Shown piece by piece: positions 48,918 to 55,912 of a DNA stretch of 55,912 nt. The notes under the pieces were generated by a model. The model was not told where the DNA came from, searched no databases, and was given only the letters and a program-made list of their open reading frames with translations. Origin of the DNA: Bacteroidota bacterium. Lineage in GTDB: Bacteria > Bacteroidota > Bacteroidia > Bacteroidales > UBA12077. The translations under genes and the position numbers were made by a program. The stretch spans positions 1-55,912 of the forward strand of contig JBNJFS010000002.1 of NCBI GenBank assembly GCA_051747085.1, read 5' to 3'. How positions within the stretch are numbered: position 1 is the first letter of the stretch; the number at the start of each line of letters is the position of its first letter.

Positions 48918-50228
48918 ATGGAATCAATTAAATTAAAAACAGTTATTGGAGGATTATTTTTGTTCATGTTAATTATTTTAAGTTGTGAAAAAGAACATGA
49001 TGAATTACAAGAATCAAATTTTAAAGAAAAAATTGTATTGAATAAAGAAAATCCTAAATTACATGACTTTGCCAAGTTAATTGCAAAATCTATGGAAGAC
49101 GAAAAAGGAAGATTATTCATCAAAAATGAAGCATTAAAAGAATTTGACGGTGACTTTGATATCTTATTCTCAAAATTTAAAAATAAAAAATTAGATAATT
49201 CTTCTTTGAAAGCGACAAGTTTTAGAACTTATGAAAATTATTTAAAACGTTTTTATGAATTTAATAATGATATAAAATCTGAAGATGATTATGAATTATT
49301 TTTAAATTCATTAATAGAAAAATACCCTTTGCTTCAAATTTCTATTCCGGAAATTTACGAAGGGAGTACAGAAAAGTGGGAAACAACAAATTATATTCCA
49401 TTAGTAGCGATATTGCCAGATAATTATAATGAAGAAACAACTAAAGTAATCTCAGCATACGATATAAATGGTAATGTAACTTATCTTAATATAAATAAAA
49501 TTCCGGAAAAACCTGTTTTGGTAATTGGTCAAAATGAACGATTGGTTGCCATAAAAAAAGAGGATGTTAATCTAAAAAACAATAAAAAAATTATTCAAGA
49601 CCCTTGTTTACAGTTTTATTATGAAACAAATAATTATGAATATTATATTCCTATTGATTGTGGAGGTGGTGGAAGTACAGGTGGTGGAGGCTCTGATGAC
49701 CCTCCAACCTATGACAGAGACAACAATAACAATAAAGATCAATTATATAAAGCAAGATTTACAAGTAAAACTGCATTCAGACAAGTAGAACCCTGGCCTA
49801 AAGGAAGGCCGGAATTTAAAGTAATTATAACCTACATTGAAAAAATCGGTTCAAATTATGAAACAAAAACAATTACAAAAATTCTTTCAAAATCTGACTG
49901 GATCACAAGATATGTATTATGGACTGATCTTAAAACAAAACACATTAATCTTCCAATTATTACATGGGATAAAGAGAAAATTGGGAATAGCATGAAATAT
50001 ACCTGGATAGAACAAGATAATAGCAATTCAACAACAGAATTAAACATTGCTGCAAGTACTGACTTTGGGGAGGATGAGGATATTCCTGTCAATGGAAGTA
50101 TCAAAGTTACAATTGGAACAGACGACACGGAAGCTGGTGAAGCTATTGTTGAATATAAAGATAATACAACAGGTGATGGGACAGAATATAATACGGGTAT
50201 TATGAGATTCTGGGTTAATCAATTATAA
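48918..50228 (+). CDS. Hypothetical lipoprotein, two domains joined by a Gly-rich linker
   Basis: 436-aa ORF. Lipobox 'LIILSC' at the end of the signal peptide and linker 'CGGGGSTGGGGSDDPP'. No family recognised. Confidence 0.7.
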   Translation: MESIKLKTVIGGLFLFMLIILSCEKEHDELQESNFKEKIVLNKENPKLHDFAKLIAKSMEDEKGRLFIKNEALKEFDGDFDILFSKFKNKKLDNSSLKATSFRTYENYLKRFYEFNNDIKSEDDYELFLNSLIEKYPLLQISIPEIYEGSTEKWETTNYIPLVAILPDNYNEETTKVISAYDINGNVTYLNINKIPEKPVLVIGQNERLVAIKKEDVNLKNNKKIIQDPCLQFYYETNNYEYYIPIDCGGGGSTGGGGSDDPPTYDRDNNNNKDQLYKARFTSKTAFRQVEPWPKGRPEFKVIITYIEKIGSNYETKTITKILSKSDWITRYVLWTDLKTKHINLPIITWDKEKIGNSMKYTWIEQDNSNSTTELNIAASTDFGEDEDIPVNGSIKVTIGTDDTEAGEAIVEYKDNTTGDGTEYNTGIMRFWVNQL

Positions 50229-50245
50229 TATAAAACTTAAATAAG

Positions 50246-50677
50246 ATGACACGAACAATTAGAATTATTGCACTATTGGGATTACTTTGCATAACAAGCA
50301 TAAAAGGATACTCTCAAATAAGTATTTCTTATTATTCATCATCTCTTTCAAAGATTGGATTAGGATACAATTTTAGTGACAAATTTTGGAGTGAGTTTAG
50401 GCTATATAGCAACACGACTGTGGATGATATAACTCCTGAGTTAGTATTATGTTATAATATTGTTAATAAAGAAAATCATAATATCTATTTTGGATTAGGA
50501 GGAAATGCTAATTATTTCACAGGATTTGTATTGCCAGTTGGAGTTCAATTTACCCCGATTGAGAAATTTGACAGATTTTCATTGCATATAGAATTACAGC
50601 CAACACTTGACATTGAGGGTGATTTAATAATCCAAAGTTCTTGGGGATTAAGATATAAATTCGGAAAAAAAGATTAA
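50246..50677 (+). CDS. Small secreted hypothetical protein, possibly a small outer-membrane beta-barrel
   Basis: 143 aa. Signal peptide 'IIALLGLLCITSIKGYSQ', alternating hydrophobic beta-strand-like segments, and an aromatic-rich C-terminus 'SSWGLRYKFGKKD'. Starts 17 nt after the preceding gene. Confidence 0.6.
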   Translation: MTRTIRIIALLGLLCITSIKGYSQISISYYSSSLSKIGLGYNFSDKFWSEFRLYSNTTVDDITPELVLCYNIVNKENHNIYFGLGGNANYFTGFVLPVGVQFTPIEKFDRFSLHIELQPTLDIEGDLIIQSSWGLRYKFGKKD

Positions 50678-50703
50678 AGACTACTTTGGATAATATAAAA
50701 TTC

Positions 50704-50735
50704 AGGCCGGTAAAATAAAAGCCGGCTTTTTGTTT
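50704..50735 (+). terminator. Weak rho-independent terminator after the cassette
   Basis: Stem GCCGG (50706..50710) / CCGGC (50722..50726), extendable by A-T and G-U pairs, followed by TTTTT. Confidence 0.45.
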
Positions 50736-50766
50736 TATACATAAATCATCTTCTTGTATTTGTAAC

Positions 50767-50901
50767 CACTGTTGTCCGATAAAAATATTGAATCCATTCT
50801 GAAATCTTGATTTTATTTACCATCTATCAATTTTCTATTTCAGAGACTTTCCCCCTGATCTGAAGCCTTGATTTTATTTATTTTTTTATCGGACAATAAT
50901 G
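50767..50901. mobile_element. MITE-like 135-bp non-coding element (candidate)
   Basis: Ends CACTGTTGTCCGATAAAAA (50767..50785) and the reverse complement of 50883..50901 (CATTATTGTCCGATAAAAA) match at 17/19. The element is flanked on both sides by ATTTGTAAC (50758..50766 and 50902..50910). It has no ORF. Confidence 0.35.
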
Positions 50902-50940
50902 ATTTGTAACATTATATTTTATGAATAATCAAATTAAATC

Positions 50941-50972
50941 TTTGAATACTAAATCAAAATAGATTATTTTTG
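50941..50972 (+). promoter_or_regulatory. Candidate Bacteroidota-type promoter for DUF4290-murA
   Basis: TTTG (50941..50944), a 20-nt spacer, then TATTTTTG (50965..50972), ending 18 nt before the ATG at 50991. Confidence 0.35.
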
Positions 50973-50990
50973 CAAAAAATAAATTTAATT

Positions 50991-51581
50991 ATGGAATATA
51001 ATACAAGTAGAAAAAAGATGGTTTTACCCGAGTATGGAAGAAATATCCAAAAAATGATTGAGCTCACCATAGAAGAGCCCGACAAAGAGAAAAGAAACAA
51101 AATGGCGCAAGCAATTATAAATATCATGGGCAATATGAATCCTCATTTAAGAGATATTGCCGACTTTAAGCATAAATTATGGGACCATTTAGCCATTATT
51201 TCAGATTTCAATCTGGATATTGACTCGCCCTATGAAACCCCTAAGATTGAAACATTAACGGCAAAACCCGAAAGAGTTCCTTATAACAATAAAAATGCTA
51301 AATTTAAGCATTACGGCAAAACCATTGAGAAAATGATTGACTATGCAATAAACATGGAAGATGGTGAACTTAAAGATATCCTGACCCAGCTTATTGCTAA
51401 TCATATGAAGAAAAGCTATTTAACCTGGAATAAAGAAGCCGTTACCGATGAGCACATTTTTTCTGATTTAAAAGAACTTTCTAACGGGAAATTAGATATT
51501 AACCCAAAAGACGCAACACTAACCGAAACAAAAGATATTTTATCAAAAAATAAACGCCGCCGAAGTCAGCGAAAAAAATAA
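50991..51581 (+). CDS. DUF4290-like protein (commonly found upstream of murA in Bacteroidota)
   Basis: 196-aa ORF 'MEYNTSRKKMVLPEYGRNIQKMIE...' with a basic tail 'KNKRRRSQRKK'. Family name is from recollection. I prefer the ATG at 50991. Confidence 0.7.
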   Translation: MEYNTSRKKMVLPEYGRNIQKMIELTIEEPDKEKRNKMAQAIINIMGNMNPHLRDIADFKHKLWDHLAIISDFNLDIDSPYETPKIETLTAKPERVPYNNKNAKFKHYGKTIEKMIDYAINMEDGELKDILTQLIANHMKKSYLTWNKEAVTDEHIFSDLKELSNGKLDINPKDATLTETKDILSKNKRRRSQRKK

Positions 51582-51607
51582 CCTATCTCCCAAATAAGCA
51601 TCAACAT

Positions 51608-52915
51608 ATGAGTTCATTTGTTATTCAAGGAGGGAAAAAACTAAAGGGTAATATTACTCCTCAGGGAGCAAAAAACGAAGCTTTACAAATTATTAGTGCT
51701 GTATTGTTAACTCCCGAAAAAGTTACCATTCATAATATTCCCAATATTAGGGATGTAAATAAGCTCATCGATTTAATCGAGTCGATTGGTGTTACCGTTG
51801 AAAAGCTAAGCGACTCGTCTTATGCTTTTACGGCAAAAGAAGTTGATTTCAACTATCTGAAAACCGAAGAGTACAGAGAAAAATCGATTTCGCTCCGTGG
51901 TTCAATTATGATGATTGGCCCACTGCTTGCCCGCTTTGGCAAAGGGTATATCCCTAAACCCGGAGGAGATAAAATTGGTCGTCGAAGAGTGGATACTCAC
52001 TTTATTGGTTTTGAAAAACTGGGTGCCAGATTTGAATTTAGCCATAAAGACAACTCCTATAAAGTAAAAGGGAATAATCTGCATGGCGCAAAAATGTTAC
52101 TCGAAGAAGCTTCTGTTACCGGAACAGCCAATATTATAATGACCGCCGTAATGGCTAAAGGACAAACCGTAATTTACAATGCAGCTTGCGAGCCATATAT
52201 TCAGCAATTATGCAAAATGCTGGTAAGTATGGGGGCGAAAATTTCAGGTATTGGTTCTAACCTGCTTACCATCGAGGGAGTTAAGGCGTTAAATGGATGT
52301 GAGCACACCATCTTACCTGACATGATTGAAATTGGCAGCTTTATTGGGTTAGCTGCAATGACCGGTTCAGAAATAACCATCAAAAATGTTTCATTCGAAA
52401 ACCTGGGAATTATACCTACTGCATTTCGCAGGTTAGGAATCCAGCTTGAAAAATCAAATGATGATATTTATATTCCCGAACATCGCCATTATCAAATAGA
52501 AACATTTATTGATGGCTCCATAATGACCATCGCCGATGCACCCTGGCCGGGATTAACACCCGACCTGTTAAGTGTTCTGCTGGTTACAGCTACACAGGCA
52601 AAAGGCAGTGTTTTAATCCATCAAAAAATGTTCGAAAGCCGTTTATTTTTTGTCGACAAGTTAATTGATATGGGTGCCCAAATCATTCTTTGTGATCCTC
52701 ACCGGGCTACAGTTATTGGCCTTGACAATAAGATCCAACTCAGAGCAACCGATATGACATCACCCGATATTCGCGCCGGTGTTGCCTTATTAATTGCTGC
52801 CATGTCAGCTGACGGAGTTAGCACAATCCATAATATCGAGCAAATTGATCGAGGGTACCAGGAGATCGATACCCGGTTAAATGCTTTAGGGGCTGATATT
52901 AAAAGAGTCGACTAA
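51608..52915 (+). CDS. murA: UDP-N-acetylglucosamine 1-carboxyvinyltransferase
   Basis: 'QGAKNEALQIISAVLL', 'PGGDKIGRRRVDTH', 'TGTANIIMTAVMAKGQTVI', 'IEQIDRGYQEID'. The active-site position reads Asp ('GGDKIG') rather than Cys, as in some MurA lineages. Confidence 0.93.
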   Translation: MSSFVIQGGKKLKGNITPQGAKNEALQIISAVLLTPEKVTIHNIPNIRDVNKLIDLIESIGVTVEKLSDSSYAFTAKEVDFNYLKTEEYREKSISLRGSIMMIGPLLARFGKGYIPKPGGDKIGRRRVDTHFIGFEKLGARFEFSHKDNSYKVKGNNLHGAKMLLEEASVTGTANIIMTAVMAKGQTVIYNAACEPYIQQLCKMLVSMGAKISGIGSNLLTIEGVKALNGCEHTILPDMIEIGSFIGLAAMTGSEITIKNVSFENLGIIPTAFRRLGIQLEKSNDDIYIPEHRHYQIETFIDGSIMTIADAPWPGLTPDLLSVLLVTATQAKGSVLIHQKMFESRLFFVDKLIDMGAQIILCDPHRATVIGLDNKIQLRATDMTSPDIRAGVALLIAAMSADGVSTIHNIEQIDRGYQEIDTRLNALGADIKRVD

Positions 52916-53071
52916 AATTTTTAATCGGTTGCTCGGTTATATACAAAAATCATTTGCCAATATTTCATCTGAAGCTTTTTTGCATGTGTCAAATTGGCGC
53001 AAAACACTTTTTTGGCAAAATGTTTGTTTACTAATGTTAAATCTGAAATAAAGTATAAAAAATATACAGCA

Positions 53072-53695
53072 ATGGGAAAACAAAGAAAAAAAGAAAAAAA
53101 GGAGAACGAAAAAGATATGACGCAAGCTGAACAAAAAATAAATTCAGATCAAAAGGAAGAAACAAAATCTGAAAAAGAAGAAGTTAAAGATAACCTCGAA
53201 CAGGAACAAGATAAAAAAGGTGATGCGGAAGAAAAAGAAGCATCAAAAAAAGAGAAATCAGATAAAGAAAAACTGGAAGAGCTGAATGATAAATATCTAC
53301 GTTTGGCCGCTGAATATGATAATTACCGGCGAAGAACATTGAAAGAGAAGATGGAGTTAGCCAAATCAGCAGGTGAAGATATTTTAGTGAATATTCTTCC
53401 GGTAATGGATGATTTTGAACGAGGGTTGGAAACTATTGATAAAGCTAAAGAAGTAGATGCTATAAAAGAAGGAATACATTTAATATACAACAAATTTAAA
53501 GAGTTCCTGAAACAACGTGGAGTAAAAGCAATCGAAGCTAAAGAAAAAGAATTCGATACTGATCTTCACGAAGCAGTGACCAAAATACCCGCTCCAAAAG
53601 AAGAATTAAAAGGGAAAGTAGTTGATGTAATTGAAAAAGGGTATTTATTAAATGACAAAGTTATCCGGTACGCCAAAGTAGTGATCGGTGAATAG
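53072..53695 (+). CDS. grpE: Nucleotide exchange factor GrpE with Lys/Glu-rich N-terminal region
   Basis: '[15 protein letters not shown]', '[12 protein letters not shown]', '[16 protein letters not shown]'. I prefer the ATG at 53072 over the TTG at 52994. Confidence 0.9.
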   Translation: MGKQRKKEKKENEKDMTQAEQKINSDQKEETKSEKEEVKDNLEQEQDKKGDAEEKEASKKEKSDKEKLEELNDKYLRLAAEYDNYRRRTLKEKMELAKSAGEDILVNILPVMDDFERGLETIDKAKEVDAIKEGIHLIYNKFKEFLKQRGVKAIEAKEKEFDTDLHEAVTKIPAPKEELKGKVVDVIEKGYLLNDKVIRYAKVVIGE

Positions 53696-53715
53696 AAAAT
53701 TTGAAAAAAAAGAAT

Positions 53716-54891
53716 ATGTCTACAAAACGAGATTATTACGAAATTTTAGAGATTTCGAAGAGCGCAAGTCAGGATGAGATAAAAAAAGCATACCGAAAAC
53801 AAGCATTAAAATATCACCCCGATAAAAATCCCGGTGACAATGAAGCTGAAGGCAAATTTAAAGAAGCTGCAGAAGCATATGAAGTATTAAGAGATCCGGA
53901 TAAACGTAGCCGTTATGATCGTTTTGGACATGCCGGTGTTGGTGGAGCTGCCGGAAATGGATTCGGTGGCGGCGGAATGACCATGGAAGATATTTTCGAA
54001 AATTTTGGTGATATTTTCGGAAGCGCTTTTGGCGGATCATTTGGCGGTTTTAGCGGATTCGGCGGGTTTGGCGGTTCGCGTCAACGATCACGAAGAGTAA
54101 ATAAAGGGTCCAACTTAAGAGTAAAAGTTACCCTTACCCTGAAAGATATTGCCCATGGGGTTACCAAAAAGTTAAAAGTTAATAAATATATAGCTTGTGA
54201 TACTTGTGACGGAACAGGGGCCAAAGATGCATCATCTTACAGTACCTGTTCTACCTGTAGAGGTACCGGACAGGTAACAAAAGTTACCAATACTTTTCTC
54301 GGTCAGATGCAAACCACATCAACGTGTCATGCTTGTGGTGGCGAAGGTAAAGTTATCACCAGTAAGTGTACTACATGTCATGGTGAAGGAATTATAAAAG
54401 GAAGCGAAGTGATTTCTATTGAAATACCGCCAGGTGTTGGCGAAGGAATGCAATTAAACGTAAGTGGAAAAGGAAATGCTGCAAGACGAGGAGGTATGAA
54501 TGGTGATCTGATTGTACTTATTCAGGAAGAAAAACACCCCGAATTAGTTCGCGACGGACATGATTTAATCTACGGACTGTATTTAAACTTTGCACAGGCT
54601 TCGCTCGGAGAAACAGTTCAAGTTCCTACCGTTGACGGGAAAGTAAAAATAAAAATTGAACCAGGCACACAGCCCGGAAAAATCTTACGATTAAAAGGAA
54701 AAGGATTACCCGAAATAAATGGTTACGGAAAAGGTGACCTATTGGTAAATATCAATGTGTGGATACCAAAAGAACTATCGAAAGATGAACAAAAAATGGT
54801 TGAACAATTAGGGAAATCTGAGAATTTTGAACCCAACCCTAATGCCAACGACAAAACTTTTTTTGAAAAGATGAAAAATATTTTTGAATAA
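53716..54891 (+). CDS. dnaJ: Molecular chaperone DnaJ
   Basis: '[37 protein letters not shown]', a G/F region, and four CxxCxGxG zinc motifs. I prefer the ATG at 53716. Confidence 0.95.
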   Translation: MSTKRDYYEILEISKSASQDEIKKAYRKQALKYHPDKNPGDNEAEGKFKEAAEAYEVLRDPDKRSRYDRFGHAGVGGAAGNGFGGGGMTMEDIFENFGDIFGSAFGGSFGGFSGFGGFGGSRQRSRRVNKGSNLRVKVTLTLKDIAHGVTKKLKVNKYIACDTCDGTGAKDASSYSTCSTCRGTGQVTKVTNTFLGQMQTTSTCHACGGEGKVITSKCTTCHGEGIIKGSEVISIEIPPGVGEGMQLNVSGKGNAARRGGMNGDLIVLIQEEKHPELVRDGHDLIYGLYLNFAQASLGETVQVPTVDGKVKIKIEPGTQPGKILRLKGKGLPEINGYGKGDLLVNINVWIPKELSKDEQKMVEQLGKSENFEPNPNANDKTFFEKMKNIFE

Positions 54892-54924
54892 ATAAAAAAA
54901 AACGGTTTTACTATAAAACAAAAG

Positions 54925-54958
54925 ACCCTGTCATAACAAATTATGGCAGGGTTTTTTA
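54925..54958 (+). terminator. Rho-independent terminator after dnaJ
   Basis: Stem ACCCTGTCATA (54925..54935) / TATGGCAGGGT (54942..54952) with one G-U pair, followed by TTTTTT. Confidence 0.75.
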
Positions 54959-55105
54959 TTTACTTTTATTCTTCAATTTATGTTCATGATTTTTTAGTGA
55001 ATTAATACATTAATTTGTTCTATAATTCTTCCTTCTAAATTTTTTATAGCTTGATTTTAATCATCCAATTTTGTATATTATACTGTCATTAAAACCGTTA
55101 AAATT

Positions 55106-55516
55106 ATGAGAACAATAATTTTTTTCACCGTTTTTATAGTCGGTATTTTTTCCATTAACTCAATATCGGCCCAGGAAAATAAAAAAGATTCAACCGGCGT
55201 TGAAATAAATTCTGAAGACAGTACGGAATATGAATTATTGGTATTTGATTCAGGATTTGAAAATTACCTGGCTACGATTCCTCATCCAAAAGATTTCTAT
55301 TCAAACGAGTATTATAGAAGTTGGAACATCCAGTATTGTAACGAATGGAACAGAAGACACCAGAATCCGTTCAGATACGGAGATTTCTATGAAACACATA
55401 TCAACTATGATCCATCTGTTGATTATGGCATTGATCTGAATTATAAACTGTATTATTATTTTCAGTATATCGAAGATAAATATGGGATTGTGTTGATAAG
55501 GAGGAAAGGGAAATAA
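55106..55516 (+). CDS. Small secreted hypothetical protein
   Basis: 136 aa. Signal peptide 'MRTIIFFTVFIVGIFSINSISAQ' and an aromatic-rich mature part. No family assigned with confidence. Confidence 0.6.
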   Translation: MRTIIFFTVFIVGIFSINSISAQENKKDSTGVEINSEDSTEYELLVFDSGFENYLATIPHPKDFYSNEYYRSWNIQYCNEWNRRHQNPFRYGDFYETHINYDPSVDYGIDLNYKLYYYFQYIEDKYGIVLIRRKGK

Positions 55517-55545
55517 AGGGGTTTATTGTTTTTTGCCGCTATGGC

Positions 55546-55830
55546 GCAAAGACGCTAAGATTCATTTTGTAAAATGGGAAATTTGTTTAACATACCTACA
55601 GTTTTAAAACTTTGACTGGCAAGGTATTATAGTTGGATTTCATGAATCTTGCATCCTGTCGCTTGTTCCTTGTATCTTGTTACTGCCTGCTTCGACTGCC
55701 TCCTGCCGCTTTTGTATGTCCCTTTTAATTATCTATCACTAAGTCGCTAAGACGCAAACTCACATTATTAACCTCTGTGATAATCAGGCAAAATCTGCAT
55801 ATTCAACGGATTGAATCTGTGTCCCTTTTC
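55546..55830. repeat. Mosaic of short degenerate direct/inverted repeat motifs in an ORF-free region
   Basis: CGCAAAGACGCTAAG (55546..55560) vs CGCTAAGACGCAAAC (55746..55760). TGTCCCTTTT occurs twice (55718..55727, 55821..55830). There are runs of CTGCCT/CTGCCG and ATCTTG/CCTTGT units. No ORF of 60 aa or more in any frame beyond 55516. Confidence 0.45.
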
Positions 55831-55912
55831 CATGGCAAAAATTCTATTCAACAACCCACCGTATCAACTTCATCTTAAATTCAGAATAAGGCCTGTATTT
55901 TATAAATGGTTC

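Noticed and set aside
51608-52915. The MurA active-site loop reads 'GGDKIG' (Asp instead of the fosfomycin-targeted Cys).
   Set aside because: Asp at this position is a known natural variant in several bacterial lineages and is associated with intrinsic fosfomycin insensitivity. It is worth a note but not novel.
52952-53019. Inverted TTTGCCAA / TTGGCAAA pair and a TTGGCGCAAAA motif upstream of grpE; considered a CIRCE-like heat-shock operator or a sigma-54 promoter.
   Set aside because: There is no match to the CIRCE consensus (TTAGCACTC-N9-GAGTGCTAA). The TGGCAC-N5-TTGC spacing of sigma-54 promoters is not met either. The arms are short (8 bp) and about 50 nt apart. Too weak to call.

Overview
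This is a low-GC (mid-30s % by eye) chromosomal segment that looks like Bacteroidota. Supporting signs are the map-infA-rpmJ arrangement in the ribosomal cluster, a T9SS type-B C-terminal sorting domain, a DUF4290-murA pair, split transketolase genes, and TTTG/TAnnTTTG-type promoter candidates.

The centre (23968..41909, minus strand) is a complete, uninterrupted str-S10-spc-alpha ribosomal superoperon, rpsL through rplQ. It includes rpmJ and rpmD, which are too short for the supplied ORF track and which I located by hand.

The flanks are mostly housekeeping genes: ychF, split transketolase, hutH, hisS, eno, a UbiD-family decarboxylase, a UvrD-like helicase, murA and grpE-dnaJ. They also hold signalling genes: an ECF sigma module, a hybrid histidine kinase and a beta-propeller/Y_Y_Y sensor with PP2C output.

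I saw no rRNA, tRNA, CRISPR array, transposase, integrase or recognisable defence system.

The items most worth follow-up:
1. A second EF-G paralog, divergent from rpsL, whose switch-II catalytic His is replaced (DTPGADDF).
2. A PafA/NPP-like alkaline-phosphatase-superfamily protein in which most catalytic positions look substituted.
3. A visibly more AT-rich two-gene cassette of unknown function (48918..50677), preceded by 21-bp-phased direct repeats and followed by a 135-bp MITE-like element with inverted ends and a 9-bp flanking duplication.
4. A hybrid kinase with degenerate ATP-binding boxes.
5. An ORF-free, repeat-mosaic 400 nt at the right edge.

All family assignments come from reading the translations by eye. 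No searches were run.
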